From contig JAPJNH010000051.1 of NCBI GenBank assembly GCA_026461075.1, forward strand, positions 1,816-65,815: a stretch of 64,000 nucleotides of DNA, written 5' to 3'. The stretch comes from Chitinophagales bacterium. Its GTDB lineage: Bacteria; Bacteroidota; Bacteroidia; Chitinophagales; CAIODY01. Shown piece after piece: positions 9,061-18,886 of the stretch. A model generated the notes under the pieces. It made no database searches, was not told the DNA's origin, and saw only the letters and a program-made list of their open reading frames with translations. Each line of letters begins with the position of its first letter. Position 1 is the stretch's first letter. Made by a program: the position numbers and the translations under genes.

Positions 9061-12000
9061 ATTTAACAAGTTTCGTATTGTAAAGCACCTTAGCATTTCG
9101 ATCTTGAACGCTTAAGATATATAAGCCATCATTCAGCGCTTCAACAGGAATTACGTTGAGCCCTGGATTGATTTTACTTTGCAACAATAATTGACCTACT
9201 GTATTCCGGAGTTCGATTTTTGCAGCTTGTGCATTACTACTATTTACATTCAATAGTTGATGTGCTTCATTCGACCAAAAAACCTTGTATGCGTTTGATG
9301 CGTCAAGTTGATTCAAGCCTTCTCCAAACTCAAAATCTACGCGGGCAATTCTGCTGGTATCGCTACACAAACTATCCGACAAAATACAACGATAATGGTC
9401 AAGTGTTGGATTAAGGCTAGTAATGAAAATCTCCAAATAGTTAGATTGTATTCCAGTATAAGTTAAGGCACGGTATCCATTGCGGCAATTGATCCAAACC
9501 CCATTAGAATCCACTTGCCATTGATAATTTACTGGCGCATTGCTGGTAACGGATAAAGAAAGTGAGGATGTCCAGAATTGCGTTGTATCTCTTGGTTCCA
9601 CTAATACAAAATTCGCAGCTGGTCCGGCAAGAATTGTATCTATAACTTGCGTTTCACAAGTATGTACATCCGTAATTGTACAGGTATAAATCCCTGCCGC
9701 AAGGTTTTGTTTCACAGAATCATTACCTGGCATAAGATTCGTATTAAACTGCCAAACATAATTATACATCGGCACTCCTCCATTCACACTCACTTGCATT
9801 GTTGCATCATTCGATGCGCCGCAAGTAATCGCAGTGCTAGTAAGTGTTGCTTGTAATGGGCTCGGGCTAACGACATTAAACGTATCGTAGGCATGACAAT
9901 TATTAGCATCTGTAACGACCACACTATACATGCCATTGCTAAGGTTATTTATCGAAGAGCTATTCGCGCCATTCGACCACAAGTACGTATACGGTTGTAC
10001 ACCACCTACTCCGGCATGCACCCCTATATACGCATTCGACTCTCCTGCGCAAGGCTGATCTAAGAACAGTGAATCCACCAATACCTGGATTGGCGTTGGT
10101 TGCGTTACAGTAAAATTAACCGTAGCACAATTCATATAATCTGCCACCACAAGGCACTGATAATTGCCCGCTAATAAATTAATCGCAGAATCAACCGATG
10201 AAACATTTGGAGACCAATTATAATCTACATGATTCGCTACATGTCCGTTATAATTCACAATCACCTGAGCAGCCCCATCTGCAGCGCCGCCACAGACATT
10301 ATTGGTAACATTCACTGTTGCCGTAATCGGCGAATAATTATATAATAATTTCACCTCACTCAAGGAAATAGCGCGAGAATACACTGCAATATCATCTAGA
10401 ATTCCAGCATAGTATTCTCCATAATGCGTATTACCCAAAATCGCGCGACAGTTTGGCGCAAGTCCAAGCAAGATATTAGAATCCACAAAAACCAAGGCAG
10501 AATCGATATAAACATGTACAATATTTGCATCATACGTAAACGTGACTAAGCTCGGCTTATTCGGGTTGATATAGGCCTGTGTAGAGATGCTGTTGAGCAC
10601 CCCATTTTGACGATTTAAATCAAAAACAATGGTATCATTACGAACGCCAATCCAGTAGCCATTTCCAGAAGAATTCAAATTAGAAAAAATGGTCGCGTTG
10701 TGATTCGCTGGGTTGTTATTGGATTGAAGCCATGCAGCCATTGAAAACTGATTCAGGTTGAACGCATAGCCAGTTCCTAAGGAAACACTATCTCTAATCG
10801 TATTCGGATTGGCATTAAGCGCAATAGCCGACTCCGTGCAGTTACTTCTATTAGGCACGTAGACGCCCCCAAAATTACTACCGAAGTTCATAAAGCCTGA
10901 TTCATCCAAGGTATTATGGTTAAAAGGATACCACGCATATAAGCCATTATTACTCATATACGGCGGAATCACCACTGGAAAAGGACAAGTTGTTTGCTGA
11001 TTAAAGGTATCAGAAAAAGAGATAAAGCAATTGTTTGCATCCGTTACGTACACCGTATAGATTCCATTCGCACAATACAAGGCATTGCCTGCGAAAGAAG
11101 TCACACCACCATTAGAAGAACCCCAGATATAATAATACGGACTTGTTCCACCGTCTGCTACTACTTGTATATTTCCGTTGGCAGAATAAACACACGATGG
11201 TTCACTGCTACGACTTACTTTAAAATTTAACTTACGAGGACCAGAAATCGTAATGGTGTCCTTCGCTATACATCCATTATCATCTGTGGCAGTAAAATAA
11301 TATGTCCCTGCAGGTACGTTCAATGCGCTATCATTTGTACTGATAGAAGGACTCCAGGCATAAGTATAAGAAGAAATTGGACTTAAGGTACCGCCTGTTG
11401 TACTTTCAATAATAACCCCATTGCTATCGCCAAAGCAAGAAGGCTGTTTTAAATAAATATTTTGTACACTCATTGGTGTAGGAACCGCAACGGAATAGGA
11501 TAAAGACACGCAGCGATCATTTTGCTCTTGAACATAGGCATATAAGGTGCTCGTTTGATTCACCTCAATACTATCTCCGATACCATATACATTGATTGGC
11601 ATTACGCTCCCTTGCCATGACACGGAATAGTTTTGCACGCCATTGCCTGTAACTAAAACTTTTGCGCTACTCAAGGTTGTTCCACAAACCGATGGATAGG
11701 AACGTACTGAAGCGGTAATGGGTTGATTGAAATACAGCCCGTCAATTTCCGTTTTCGTTAATAAACGACTCCACCATCCAATATCCTCTATCGCGGCATC
11801 CAAAGCCTCGCCATACATGGAGTTCGCGAAATAAATACTATTAGCAGGATTTAAATTAATCAATCCACTTACAGTACCGACTAAAACGGTATCGACATAA
11901 ATCCTTGTTGAACCTGTGCTATGACTAATAACATAATGATGCCACTGTTTATTCGAGCCTAGGTTATTATTAAAAAAGACAACAGATGGATTTAATTTAG

Positions 12001-12418
12001 GAGAGACTTTATTAAAATCGAAAAACAATTGATTGTTTTTAAGACCTAATTGAAATCCGCCTAATGAATCGTTCCAAGCAATCAAACTATGCGTGTTCGT
12101 ATCCATAGCACTTACATTACTCCACATCGAAATCGTAAACTGATTACTCACGATACTTGGTCCATAATGCATATTCAACGAATCGCCATTACCCATAAAA
12201 TATAAGGCAGAATTGAAGCAGCCATTTCTGCCAGCAACTTGACTGATTCTACTGAGCACGCCATTGCGCATATTACCACTCGAGTCAGCCACCACTCCAT
12301 TATTCAAAGGGCACCAAAACTCTATTCCTGATTTTGGAACATAAAAAGGAAGGTTTTGAGCGAATAGGAACTGAAAATTAAGCACAAAAAAAACAAAGAG
12401 TCCTAGCTTCAATTTCAT
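9059..12418 (-). CDS. Large T9SS-secreted adhesin-like protein: [LamG + 3 SprB-type repeats] x2, Ig-like region, T9SS CTD
   Basis: Signal peptide, two concanavalin/LamG-like blocks, and six C.G..nG...v.GG..PY.Y.W repeats (e.g. CFGDSNGVII...YTYAWSP, CAGESNAYIGVHAGVGGVQPYTYLWSNG). The C-terminus ...DGLYILSVQDRNAKVLYNTKLVK looks like a T9SS sorting domain. Confidence 0.8.
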   Translation of the reverse strand: MKLKLGLFVFFVLNFQFLFAQNLPFYVPKSGIEFWCPLNNGVVADSSGNMRNGVLSRISQVAGRNGCFNSALYFMGNGDSLNMHYGPSIVSNQFTISMWSNVSAMDTNTHSLIAWNDSLGGFQLGLKNNQLFFDFNKVSPKLNPSVVFFNNNLGSNKQWHHYVISHSTGSTRIYVDTVLVGTVSGLINLNPANSIYFANSMYGEALDAAIEDIGWWSRLLTKTEIDGLYFNQPITASVRSYPSVCGTTLSSAKVLVTGNGVQNYSVSWQGSVMPINVYGIGDSIEVNQTSTLYAYVQEQNDRCVSLSYSVAVPTPMSVQNIYLKQPSCFGDSNGVIIESTTGGTLSPISSYTYAWSPSISTNDSALNVPAGTYYFTATDDNGCIAKDTITISGPRKLNFKVSRSSEPSCVYSANGNIQVVADGGTSPYYYIWGSSNGGVTSFAGNALYCANGIYTVYVTDANNCFISFSDTFNQQTTCPFPVVIPPYMSNNGLYAWYPFNHNTLDESGFMNFGSNFGGVYVPNRSNCTESAIALNANPNTIRDSVSLGTGYAFNLNQFSMAAWLQSNNNPANHNATIFSNLNSSGNGYWIGVRNDTIVFDLNRQNGVLNSISTQAYINPNKPSLVTFTYDANIVHVYIDSALVFVDSNILLGLAPNCRAILGNTHYGEYYAGILDDIAVYSRAISLSEVKLLYNYSPITATVNVTNNVCGGAADGAAQVIVNYNGHVANHVDYNWSPNVSSVDSAINLLAGNYQCLVVADYMNCATVNFTVTQPTPIQVLVDSLFLDQPCAGESNAYIGVHAGVGGVQPYTYLWSNGANSSSINNLSNGMYSVVVTDANNCHAYDTFNVVSPSPLQATLTSTAITCGASNDATMQVSVNGGVPMYNYVWQFNTNLMPGNDSVKQNLAAGIYTCTITDVHTCETQVIDTILAGPAANFVLVEPRDTTQFWTSSLSLSVTSNAPVNYQWQVDSNGVWINCRNGYRALTYTGIQSNYLEIFITSLNPTLDHYRCILSDSLCSDTSRIARVDFEFGEGLNQLDASNAYKVFWSNEAHQLLNVNSSNAQAAKIELRNTVGQLLLQSKINPGLNVIPVEALNDGLYILSVQDRNAKVLYNTKLVK

Positions 12419-12466
12419 AAAAAGTGGTTTGTTTAAAATTAATGATAAACTGCGAATGTTCCTAAC

Positions 12467-12493
12467 AAAAAAAGGAGGCCGAAGCCTCCTTTT
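12467..12493 (-). terminator. Intrinsic terminator after ahcY
   Basis: On the minus strand: AGGAGGC-ttcg-GCCTCCT followed by T7. Confidence 0.65.
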
Positions 12494-12513
12494 GTATGCG
12501 AATCTTGAAAATA

Positions 12514-13842
12514 TTAGTAACGGTACAATTCTGGTTTGAAAGGACCTGCAACAGGGATACCTAAGTATTCTGATTGTGCAGATGTTAACTCTTCTAATTC
12601 AACCCCGATTTTCTTCAAGTGTAAACGAGCTACCTTTTCATCCAAATGTTTAGGAAGAACATAAACTTGGTTTTCATATTTATCACCGTTCAACCACAAT
12701 TCCAACTGAGCCAATACTTGGTTAGTGAACGAGTTAGACATAACGAATGAAGGGTGACCTGTAGCACAACCTAAGTTTACTAAACGACCTTCCGCCAAAA
12801 CGATGATTTCATTACCTTCTACATTGTACAAATCAACCTGAGGTTTGATAGTATCTTTTGTATGACCGTAATTATCATTCAACCAAGCCATATCGATTTC
12901 GATATCGAAGTGACCGATATTACAAACGATCGCTTTATCTTTCATTGAGCGGAAATGCTTTTCCGTGATCAAATCACGACAACCAGAAGCGGTAACGATG
13001 ATATCAGCTTCTTTCACGGCTGTTTCCATTTTCTTTACTTCATAACCGTCCATAGCTGCTTGTAATGCACAGATTGGATCGATTTCAGTAACGATAACGC
13101 GACAACCTGCAGCACGCAATGAATCAGCAGAACCTTTACCTACGTCACCATAACCACCTACAACTGCTACTTTACCAGCCATCATAACGTCAGTTGCACG
13201 ACGAATAGCATCTACACATGACTCACGGCAGCCGTATTTATTATCAAACTTAGATTTTGTAACGGAGTCGTTTACGTTGAAAGCAGGCATTGGTAAAGTA
13301 CCTTTAGCCATACGCTCGTATAAACGGTGAACACCAGTTGTTGTTTCTTCGCTCAAACCTTTGATGCTTGCAACTAATTCAGGATACTTATCCAAAACGA
13401 TGTTAGTTAAATCACCACCATCATCCAAGATCATATTCAACGGACGATCAGCACCGCCGAAGAACAAAGTTTGTTCGATACACCAGTCAGCATCTTCTAG
13501 AGATTGACCTTTCCAAGCAAAAACACCAATACCAGCTTCAGCGATTGCAGCAGCTGCGTGATCTTGAGTAGAGAAGATATTACAAGAGCTCCATTTTACT
13601 TCAGCACCCAAATCAACTAAAGTTTCAATTAAAACCGCTGTTTGAATGGTCATGTGTAAACAACCTGCAATACGCGCGCCTTTCAACGGTTGTTTTCCTT
13701 TGTATTCTTCACGAAGGGCCATCAAACCTGGCATTTCAGCTTCAGCCAAGCGGATTTCTTTACGACCCCAAGCTGCTAAACTCATGTCAGCAACCTTGTT
13801 TTTCAGATTAAAATCAATCTGTGTTTTTGTAGTGGTACTCAT
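12514..13842 (-). CDS. ahcY: Adenosylhomocysteinase
   Basis: Full-length match in character to SAH hydrolase: DDGGD, the NAD site GYGDVGKG, and the C-terminal ...[10 protein letters not shown]. Confidence 0.95.
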   Translation of the reverse strand: MSTTTKTQIDFNLKNKVADMSLAAWGRKEIRLAEAEMPGLMALREEYKGKQPLKGARIAGCLHMTIQTAVLIETLVDLGAEVKWSSCNIFSTQDHAAAAIAEAGIGVFAWKGQSLEDADWCIEQTLFFGGADRPLNMILDDGGDLTNIVLDKYPELVASIKGLSEETTTGVHRLYERMAKGTLPMPAFNVNDSVTKSKFDNKYGCRESCVDAIRRATDVMMAGKVAVVGGYGDVGKGSADSLRAAGCRVIVTEIDPICALQAAMDGYEVKKMETAVKEADIIVTASGCRDLITEKHFRSMKDKAIVCNIGHFDIEIDMAWLNDNYGHTKDTIKPQVDLYNVEGNEIIVLAEGRLVNLGCATGHPSFVMSNSFTNQVLAQLELWLNGDKYENQVYVLPKHLDEKVARLHLKKIGVELEELTSAQSEYLGIPVAGPFKPELYRY

Positions 13843-13881
13843 ATTTTTGAATTTATGTTGTTTGGTAAGTTTTCACCTTTG

Positions 13882-13889
13882 CAAATGTA
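13882..13889 (-). promoter_or_regulatory. -7 box TAcaTTTG for ahcY
   Basis: Exact TAnnTTTG on the minus strand, giving a leader of about 35 nt. Confidence 0.45.
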
Positions 13890-13932
13890 GGAGTTTCCCT
13901 ATTCATTCCCAAATAAGAGTTATAACAAGCTA

Positions 13933-13950
13933 GGTAAACAAATGTTTACC
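13933..13950. promoter_or_regulatory. Perfect 18-bp palindrome GGTAAACA-AA-TGTTTACC (candidate operator)
   Basis: 8-bp arms with a 2-bp spacer, in the divergent ahcY / cytochrome intergenic region. No T-run follows it. Confidence 0.3.
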
Positions 13951-14003
13951 ATAATTAACCTAAAAAGCTTCAACAAAAGCTCTTTTTTTCACTTAGTTCA
14001 CGT

Positions 14004-14011
14004 TATTTTTG
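14004..14011 (+). promoter_or_regulatory. -7 box TAttTTTG, 4 nt before the cytochrome GTG start
   Basis: Exact TAnnTTTG match, then N4, then GTG 14016. Confidence 0.4.
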
Positions 14012-14015
14012 AGCG

Positions 14016-15938
14016 GTGCGAAAACGTCCAATTATCTTTTTAGTGCTTATCACTAGCTTGGTCTATTATTTAGGCGCTTGCCAGTGGGGCGTTTCTAGTC
14101 CGCAATCCCCCTTTTTGAACGTTTACGATAGCACCGCGCACTATGTTGGCATGTCGACCTGTAAAGGCTGTCACGCGGATATTTATACCACTTTCATGGA
14201 AACAGGGATGGGACAAAGTTGGGATAAAGCGAGTCCGCATAAGTCAAAAGCACTATTTGGCGAAAATCAAATCGTATTCGATAGCACCAACAACCTCTAT
14301 TATCATCCCTATTGGAAAGACTCCACCTTACACATTCTTGAATACAGAAAAGAGAATGGTAAAGTGACGCATCAACGCGACCAAGTCATTGATTATATCG
14401 TCGGCAGTGGGCAGCATACCAATTCGCATCTTTTTAGTATTAACAATTACCTATATCAAGCGCCTATTACCTTTTATACGCAGCTTGGCATTTGGGATTT
14501 GGCGCCAGGTTTTGAAAATGGTCAAAACTCTAAGTTTACACGCCCGATACAGCAAGAATGTATTACCTGTCACAACTTCTACCCTAGCGTCGATAATCGT
14601 GCAGAGAACACCTATACACAAGTCCCTAACGGTATTCAGTGTGAGCGGTGTCATGGCCCCGGCAGTATACATGTCGAACAGAAGCAGCAAGGTCAGTTGG
14701 TAGATATTAAAACACAAATCGACTATAGCATTGTCAATCCCCGAAAGCTCGATCGAGAGCGCCAAATAAGCGTCTGCCAACGTTGCCATTTGCAAGGTAT
14801 CACCGTATTGAATGAAGGAAAAACCTTCTTCGACTTCCGTCCTGGAATGCTATTGAGCGAAGTGATGCATACCTTCATTCCGAGATATACGGATAGCAAC
14901 AGCAATTTCATTATGGCCTCGCATGCCGACCGCATGAAAATGAGCCGCTGTTATATGCAGTCGCAAATGACCTGCCTAAGCTGCCATAACCCGCATATTA
15001 GCGTAAAAAAAACAGGTGCAAACTATTGGGATCAGAAATGCCAATCCTGTCATGGGAATACGGGCAAAACCTGTACAGGAAAGGATGACAAGGGCAAGGT
15101 CCCGCAAACTAATTGCGTTTCTTGTCATATGCCGATGAGTGGTAGTAAGGATATTCCTCACGTTCAAATTCATGATCATTATATCCGAAAACCTTTAAGT
15201 ACGAAAGAGATTAGTTCCATCTCCAAATTTGTACGGCTAGCGTGTGTCAGCGATCAATCGAGCCCAGGGGCCTTAACGGAGGCGAATGCCTATTTAAACT
15301 TGTTTGAAGAATACGAATCAGACAAGAGCTATCTTAAAACAGCGCATTCATTATTGGAAAAGGTGTCACAAGTTGAACGCGGCAATCGTTGGGCGAGTCT
15401 TCAAATTCGATGTCTGTTTTTAGGAGAATCGTATGAATCCTTAATCGACTTTTATCAAACGAATCAAAGTCTTTTAGTAAAACCAGATGCTTGGACGAAT
15501 TATCGTATTGGAGAGGCTTTCCTGCATACCGAACAATTCGCTAGCGCGATTCAATTCTTGAAAACGGCAAGAGATCTGAAACCCAAAGACCTTGATTTCA
15601 ATAATAAATTAGGAGAGGCTTATTTCAAAAACAAACAATTGGCTTTAGCGAGTGCACAATTTAAACAAGTGCTTAGTTTAAACCCGAATCATATTTCTGC
15701 GAATGTAAATTTAGCCTGGTGTGAACATATCAGCGGCCGAGATGCGGAGTCGATCCGCTACTACAAGACAGCCTTGAATCTAAACCCAGATTATTATACC
15801 GCACTCACGGGCTTAGCGCAAGTTTATATTTTGCAAAAGAATTACAGCGCCGCAAAAGAACATGTTCTTCGGGCTAAAAAACTAAAGCTTCATCCAGGAA
15901 TAGAGAATCTTGAACGTGCTTTAAACAAAGGCGTCTAG
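14016..15938 (+). CDS. Multihaem (7x CxxCH) cytochrome c fused to C-terminal TPR repeats, lipoprotein signal
   Basis: GTG start. Signal/lipobox MRKRPIIFLVLITSLVYYLGAC. CxxCH motifs at residues 49, 182, 209, 254, 320, 342 and 367. The C-terminal ~170 aa are TPR-like (AWTNYRIGEAF..., NNKLGEAYF..., ANVNLAWCEH..., ALTGLAQVYI...). Confidence 0.8.
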   Translation: MRKRPIIFLVLITSLVYYLGACQWGVSSPQSPFLNVYDSTAHYVGMSTCKGCHADIYTTFMETGMGQSWDKASPHKSKALFGENQIVFDSTNNLYYHPYWKDSTLHILEYRKENGKVTHQRDQVIDYIVGSGQHTNSHLFSINNYLYQAPITFYTQLGIWDLAPGFENGQNSKFTRPIQQECITCHNFYPSVDNRAENTYTQVPNGIQCERCHGPGSIHVEQKQQGQLVDIKTQIDYSIVNPRKLDRERQISVCQRCHLQGITVLNEGKTFFDFRPGMLLSEVMHTFIPRYTDSNSNFIMASHADRMKMSRCYMQSQMTCLSCHNPHISVKKTGANYWDQKCQSCHGNTGKTCTGKDDKGKVPQTNCVSCHMPMSGSKDIPHVQIHDHYIRKPLSTKEISSISKFVRLACVSDQSSPGALTEANAYLNLFEEYESDKSYLKTAHSLLEKVSQVERGNRWASLQIRCLFLGESYESLIDFYQTNQSLLVKPDAWTNYRIGEAFLHTEQFASAIQFLKTARDLKPKDLDFNNKLGEAYFKNKQLALASAQFKQVLSLNPNHISANVNLAWCEHISGRDAESIRYYKTALNLNPDYYTALTGLAQVYILQKNYSAAKEHVLRAKKLKLHPGIENLERALNKGV

Positions 15939-15943
15939 GGGTA

Positions 15944-16900
15944 TTAAAAAACTTGTGAAGCTATTTGTTTCACAGCCTTCACACTACTCATGGTATAATA
16001 GTGAATGATCGGTGCTCCGTTAGCCAAAAGCTCTTTCGACTGAGCCGCACACCATTCAATACCGACTTGCATTACCGCCTCCTCATTATTTTTCACCTTC
16101 TCGATCGCGTTCACTAAATCGGATGGCAAATCGATACTAAAGGCTTTCGGTAGAGTAGATAACTGACGGTACGTCGTTAAAGGTTTTAAGCCTGGAATGA
16201 TTGGAATATTGATACCAGCAGCACGACAACCCTTTACAAATTCGAAATATTTCTGGTTATCGAAGAACATCTGCGTCATGATAAAATCAGCACCTGCATC
16301 TGCTTTCGCCTTTAAATATCTAAAGTCGACTTCCGCATTTGGAGATTCTCCATGTTTCTCTGGATAACCGGCAACGCCTAAGCAAAAATTCGTTTTCCAC
16401 GCATCTTGCGATTCTTCCAAATAGATTCCACGATTCATGTTCACAGCTTGCTTTAGCAAGTCGATTGCGTGTGCATGGCCACCTTTTTCTGGATAGAAAT
16501 TGGCTTGTCCTTTCATCGCATCCCCACGTAAACATAAAATATTTTCAACGCCTAAAAAGTCGAGATCGATCAAGGCATCTTCTGTTTCTTCAACGGTAAA
16601 TCCGCCACAAATCAAATGCGGCACTGCATCTACCTTATAACGGTTCATGATAGCCGCGCAAATACCTACGGTTCCTGGACGTTTACGAACGGCCACTTCT
16701 TCAAAGCGACCATCAGACATTTTTTTGAAATGCGTTTCTGCTCGGTGATAGGTAACATTTATAAATGGAGGTTTGAATTCCATTAAAGGATCCAAAACAT
16801 CGGCAATAGATTGAAAAGACTTCCCTTTAAGCGGAGGTAATACTTCGAAGGAAACCAATGGTTTTCCGTTCGCCTTCTTCAAATGTTCTGATACTTTCAT
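15944..16900 (-). CDS. metF: 5,10-methylenetetrahydrofolate reductase
   Basis: SFEVLPP...NVTYH...HLICGG...LCLRGD...QMFFD pattern of MetF. It starts 1 nt after the gldH stop. Confidence 0.9.
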   Translation of the reverse strand: MKVSEHLKKANGKPLVSFEVLPPLKGKSFQSIADVLDPLMEFKPPFINVTYHRAETHFKKMSDGRFEEVAVRKRPGTVGICAAIMNRYKVDAVPHLICGGFTVEETEDALIDLDFLGVENILCLRGDAMKGQANFYPEKGGHAHAIDLLKQAVNMNRGIYLEESQDAWKTNFCLGVAGYPEKHGESPNAEVDFRYLKAKADAGADFIMTQMFFDNQKYFEFVKGCRAAGINIPIIPGLKPLTTYRQLSTLPKAFSIDLPSDLVNAIEKVKNNEEAVMQVGIEWCAAQSKELLANGAPIIHYYTMSSVKAVKQIASQVF

Positions 16901-16901
16901 A

Positions 16902-17405
16902 CTATTTCTTCACTTTATAAGGAGACCCTGGTTCTAGACGAATACCTACTGACATTACAGCGGGTAAAGGACTAACGCGCATGTCTTGTTCTATACTAAT
17001 TTGATAACGTCCGGCAACTTTACCGAAGCTGATATCATGACACCATTGATGCATCATCCATACGCCGTTCAAGCCCTCTCCTAGCCACTTTCCAGATGGT
17101 TCTGCTAACAATACATTCTCTCTGCGATGTAATACCTTCCCTTCCGGAGTTAGGATATGTAACCACACGTAAAGGTTCATGTACGGATACGCTTCGAGAT
17201 GGCGCACGTTGATATACAAACGATATGGCTTGCTCGTATCAGGAACTTCGAAAACGAAGTTTGGCTTAAAATTATAATCCCAATTGTAGCCCGGTACGAT
17301 GGTATTCTTATCGTAGATTTCATTAGGCGTACAAGCAGAAAATGTTTTGACAAACATTATCAAACACAGTACTAGAATGGCACTATGGGTTATTTTCCGG
17401 AGCAC
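16902..17405 (-). CDS. gldH: Gliding motility lipoprotein GldH
   Basis: The GldH-like mature region starts CTPNEIYDKN...YRLYINVRHLEAYPYMNLYVWLHI.... An in-frame GTG at 17405 gives a proper signal/lipobox (M)LRKITHSAILVLCLIMFVKTFSAC. The 218-aa track ORF (to 17558) is an over-extension into the PSP1 gene. Confidence 0.7.
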   Translation of the reverse strand: MLRKITHSAILVLCLIMFVKTFSACTPNEIYDKNTIVPGYNWDYNFKPNFVFEVPDTSKPYRLYINVRHLEAYPYMNLYVWLHILTPEGKVLHRRENVLLAEPSGKWLGEGLNGVWMMHQWCHDISFGKVAGRYQISIEQDMRVSPLPAVMSVGIRLEPGSPYKVKK

Positions 17406-18858
17406 TTGGACTAGGTTTTGAATTATCCTGATTGGTATTATTAGGATTAGGGTTTCTGTCGCGACGCTGTGGGCGGTTGCGATTATGCTGTGGACGGCGA
17501 TCACGGTTTTGTTGCGGAGCATTTCCTTGCGGACGTTGTTCTCCGTTATTGGCCGCACCTCCTTCTACATTAGACTTAGGCGCTTGAGGTCCTTTGTTAT
17601 CTCGATTATTTCGCTTATCGCGATGTTCTCTTGCTTGAGGGTTATTGGAGGCAGGACGTTGTTCGCGATTTTGATTCGCGTTAGGATTTCTGCCTTCCCC
17701 GCCACCACGATGATCCTTGTTTTTCTTCTTATTACGCTCTGCTGTTTTGCGCAAAGACGAGATAGAAGTCTGCGCCGCCAAATCCACATGTTCTGGTTCT
17801 TGATCCGCAGGTGCTTGTAGGATAACCTTCACCTTGTCTAGATCTGCCGCAGGCTTGTTTTGCTTATTTAACTCAAGAATCTCACGAACTCGTTCGATGT
17901 TCAACGGATACAACTTGGTAGAACCTGGATAGCTATACCACATTAAGAATTTGAAGATATCTGTTTTTTGCAGATAAGCATCTCCTCTTTCGGTATGCAA
18001 CTTATCCGCGTTTTTAGGGAACACTTTTAAGGCATCCAAATAAGTATCTAATTCGAAGTTAAGACAGCATTTCAAGCGTCCACACTGACCACTTAATTTC
18101 GCTTGATTGATAGATAGGTTTTGATAACGAACAACGGTGATATTTACGTTTTTGAAGGTCGATAACCACGTTGAACAACATAGCTCTCTTCCGCACATAC
18201 CGATACCGCCTACCAAACCAGCTTCCTGACGGGAGCCGATTTGTTTCATTTCAACTTTGACATTAAACTCGCGAGCGTATACCTTAATCAATTCGCGGAA
18301 ATCGACACGACCATCCGCGATATAATAGAAGATTGCTTTACGGGCATCCGCTTGAAATTCAACATCACTTATTTTCATTTCCAATTTCAAGTTACGTGCA
18401 ATCACACGTGCTTTAATCATGGAATCCTCTTCTTTAGCGCGTAGCTCTTTTAGCTTTTGTAATTCTTCTTGGCTAGCCAAACGAGTTACCTTACGTTCGA
18501 TGGTACGTTCTTGCACATTTTTCTTCTTCATTTGGTAACGAACTAGGTCGCCGCTAAGGACGATTGTACCTATATCCATACCAATAGAAGACTCGACACA
18601 TACAAAATCACCTGTCCCTAACTCCGCTGAGGGGTTAAGGTAAAAATCCTTACGTTGGCCATTTTTGAAGGCTACTTCCACATAAGGATAGCGACTCGAC
18701 AAATCACCTACAGGCACATCTGTCAACCAGTCGTAACTATTCATTTTATTGCACGCTCCGCTGGCACACGCTCCACTATCTCCACATCCGCTTGGTGTCC
18801 CGCAAGAGCCTCCGCATGATCCACAACCCATTTCCTTCAATACGTTTACATTACACAA
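17383..18858 (-). CDS. PSP1-domain protein (RicT/YaaT-like) with a Cys-rich N-terminus and a long N/R/Q/P-rich tail
   Basis: The central PSP1 domain contains ...CGRELCCSTWL...SGQCGRLKCCLNFE. The start is either ATG 18858 or ATG 18831 (MGCGSCGG...). Confidence 0.8.
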   Translation of the reverse strand: MCNVNVLKEMGCGSCGGSCGTPSGCGDSGACASGACNKMNSYDWLTDVPVGDLSSRYPYVEVAFKNGQRKDFYLNPSAELGTGDFVCVESSIGMDIGTIVLSGDLVRYQMKKKNVQERTIERKVTRLASQEELQKLKELRAKEEDSMIKARVIARNLKLEMKISDVEFQADARKAIFYYIADGRVDFRELIKVYAREFNVKVEMKQIGSRQEAGLVGGIGMCGRELCCSTWLSTFKNVNITVVRYQNLSINQAKLSGQCGRLKCCLNFELDTYLDALKVFPKNADKLHTERGDAYLQKTDIFKFLMWYSYPGSTKLYPLNIERVREILELNKQNKPAADLDKVKVILQAPADQEPEHVDLAAQTSISSLRKTAERNKKKNKDHRGGGEGRNPNANQNREQRPASNNPQAREHRDKRNNRDNKGPQAPKSNVEGGAANNGEQRPQGNAPQQNRDRRPQHNRNRPQRRDRNPNPNNTNQDNSKPSPSAPENNP

Positions 18859-18886
18859 TCCCCTTTCTTGCGAAAGGGCTTACATT

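Noticed and set aside
13843-13900. Possible SAH or SAM riboswitch in the ahcY leader.
   Set aside because: The exact -7 box at 13882-13889 leaves a leader of only about 35 nt. That is too short for an SAH riboswitch, and I could not see the conserved pseudoknot-forming segments.
16902-17558. The 218-aa version of the gldH ORF, which overlaps the PSP1 gene by 176 nt.
   Set aside because: The extra ~50 N-terminal residues precede the signal peptide and are encoded opposite the low-complexity PSP1 tail region. An in-frame GTG at 17405 gives a normal lipoprotein precursor.
17485-17820. ORFs on both strands (111 aa on plus, 74 aa on minus) inside the PSP1 tail region.
   Set aside because: The repetitive N/R/Q/P-coding DNA keeps alternative frames open. 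The translations are low-complexity Arg/Ile/Leu strings.
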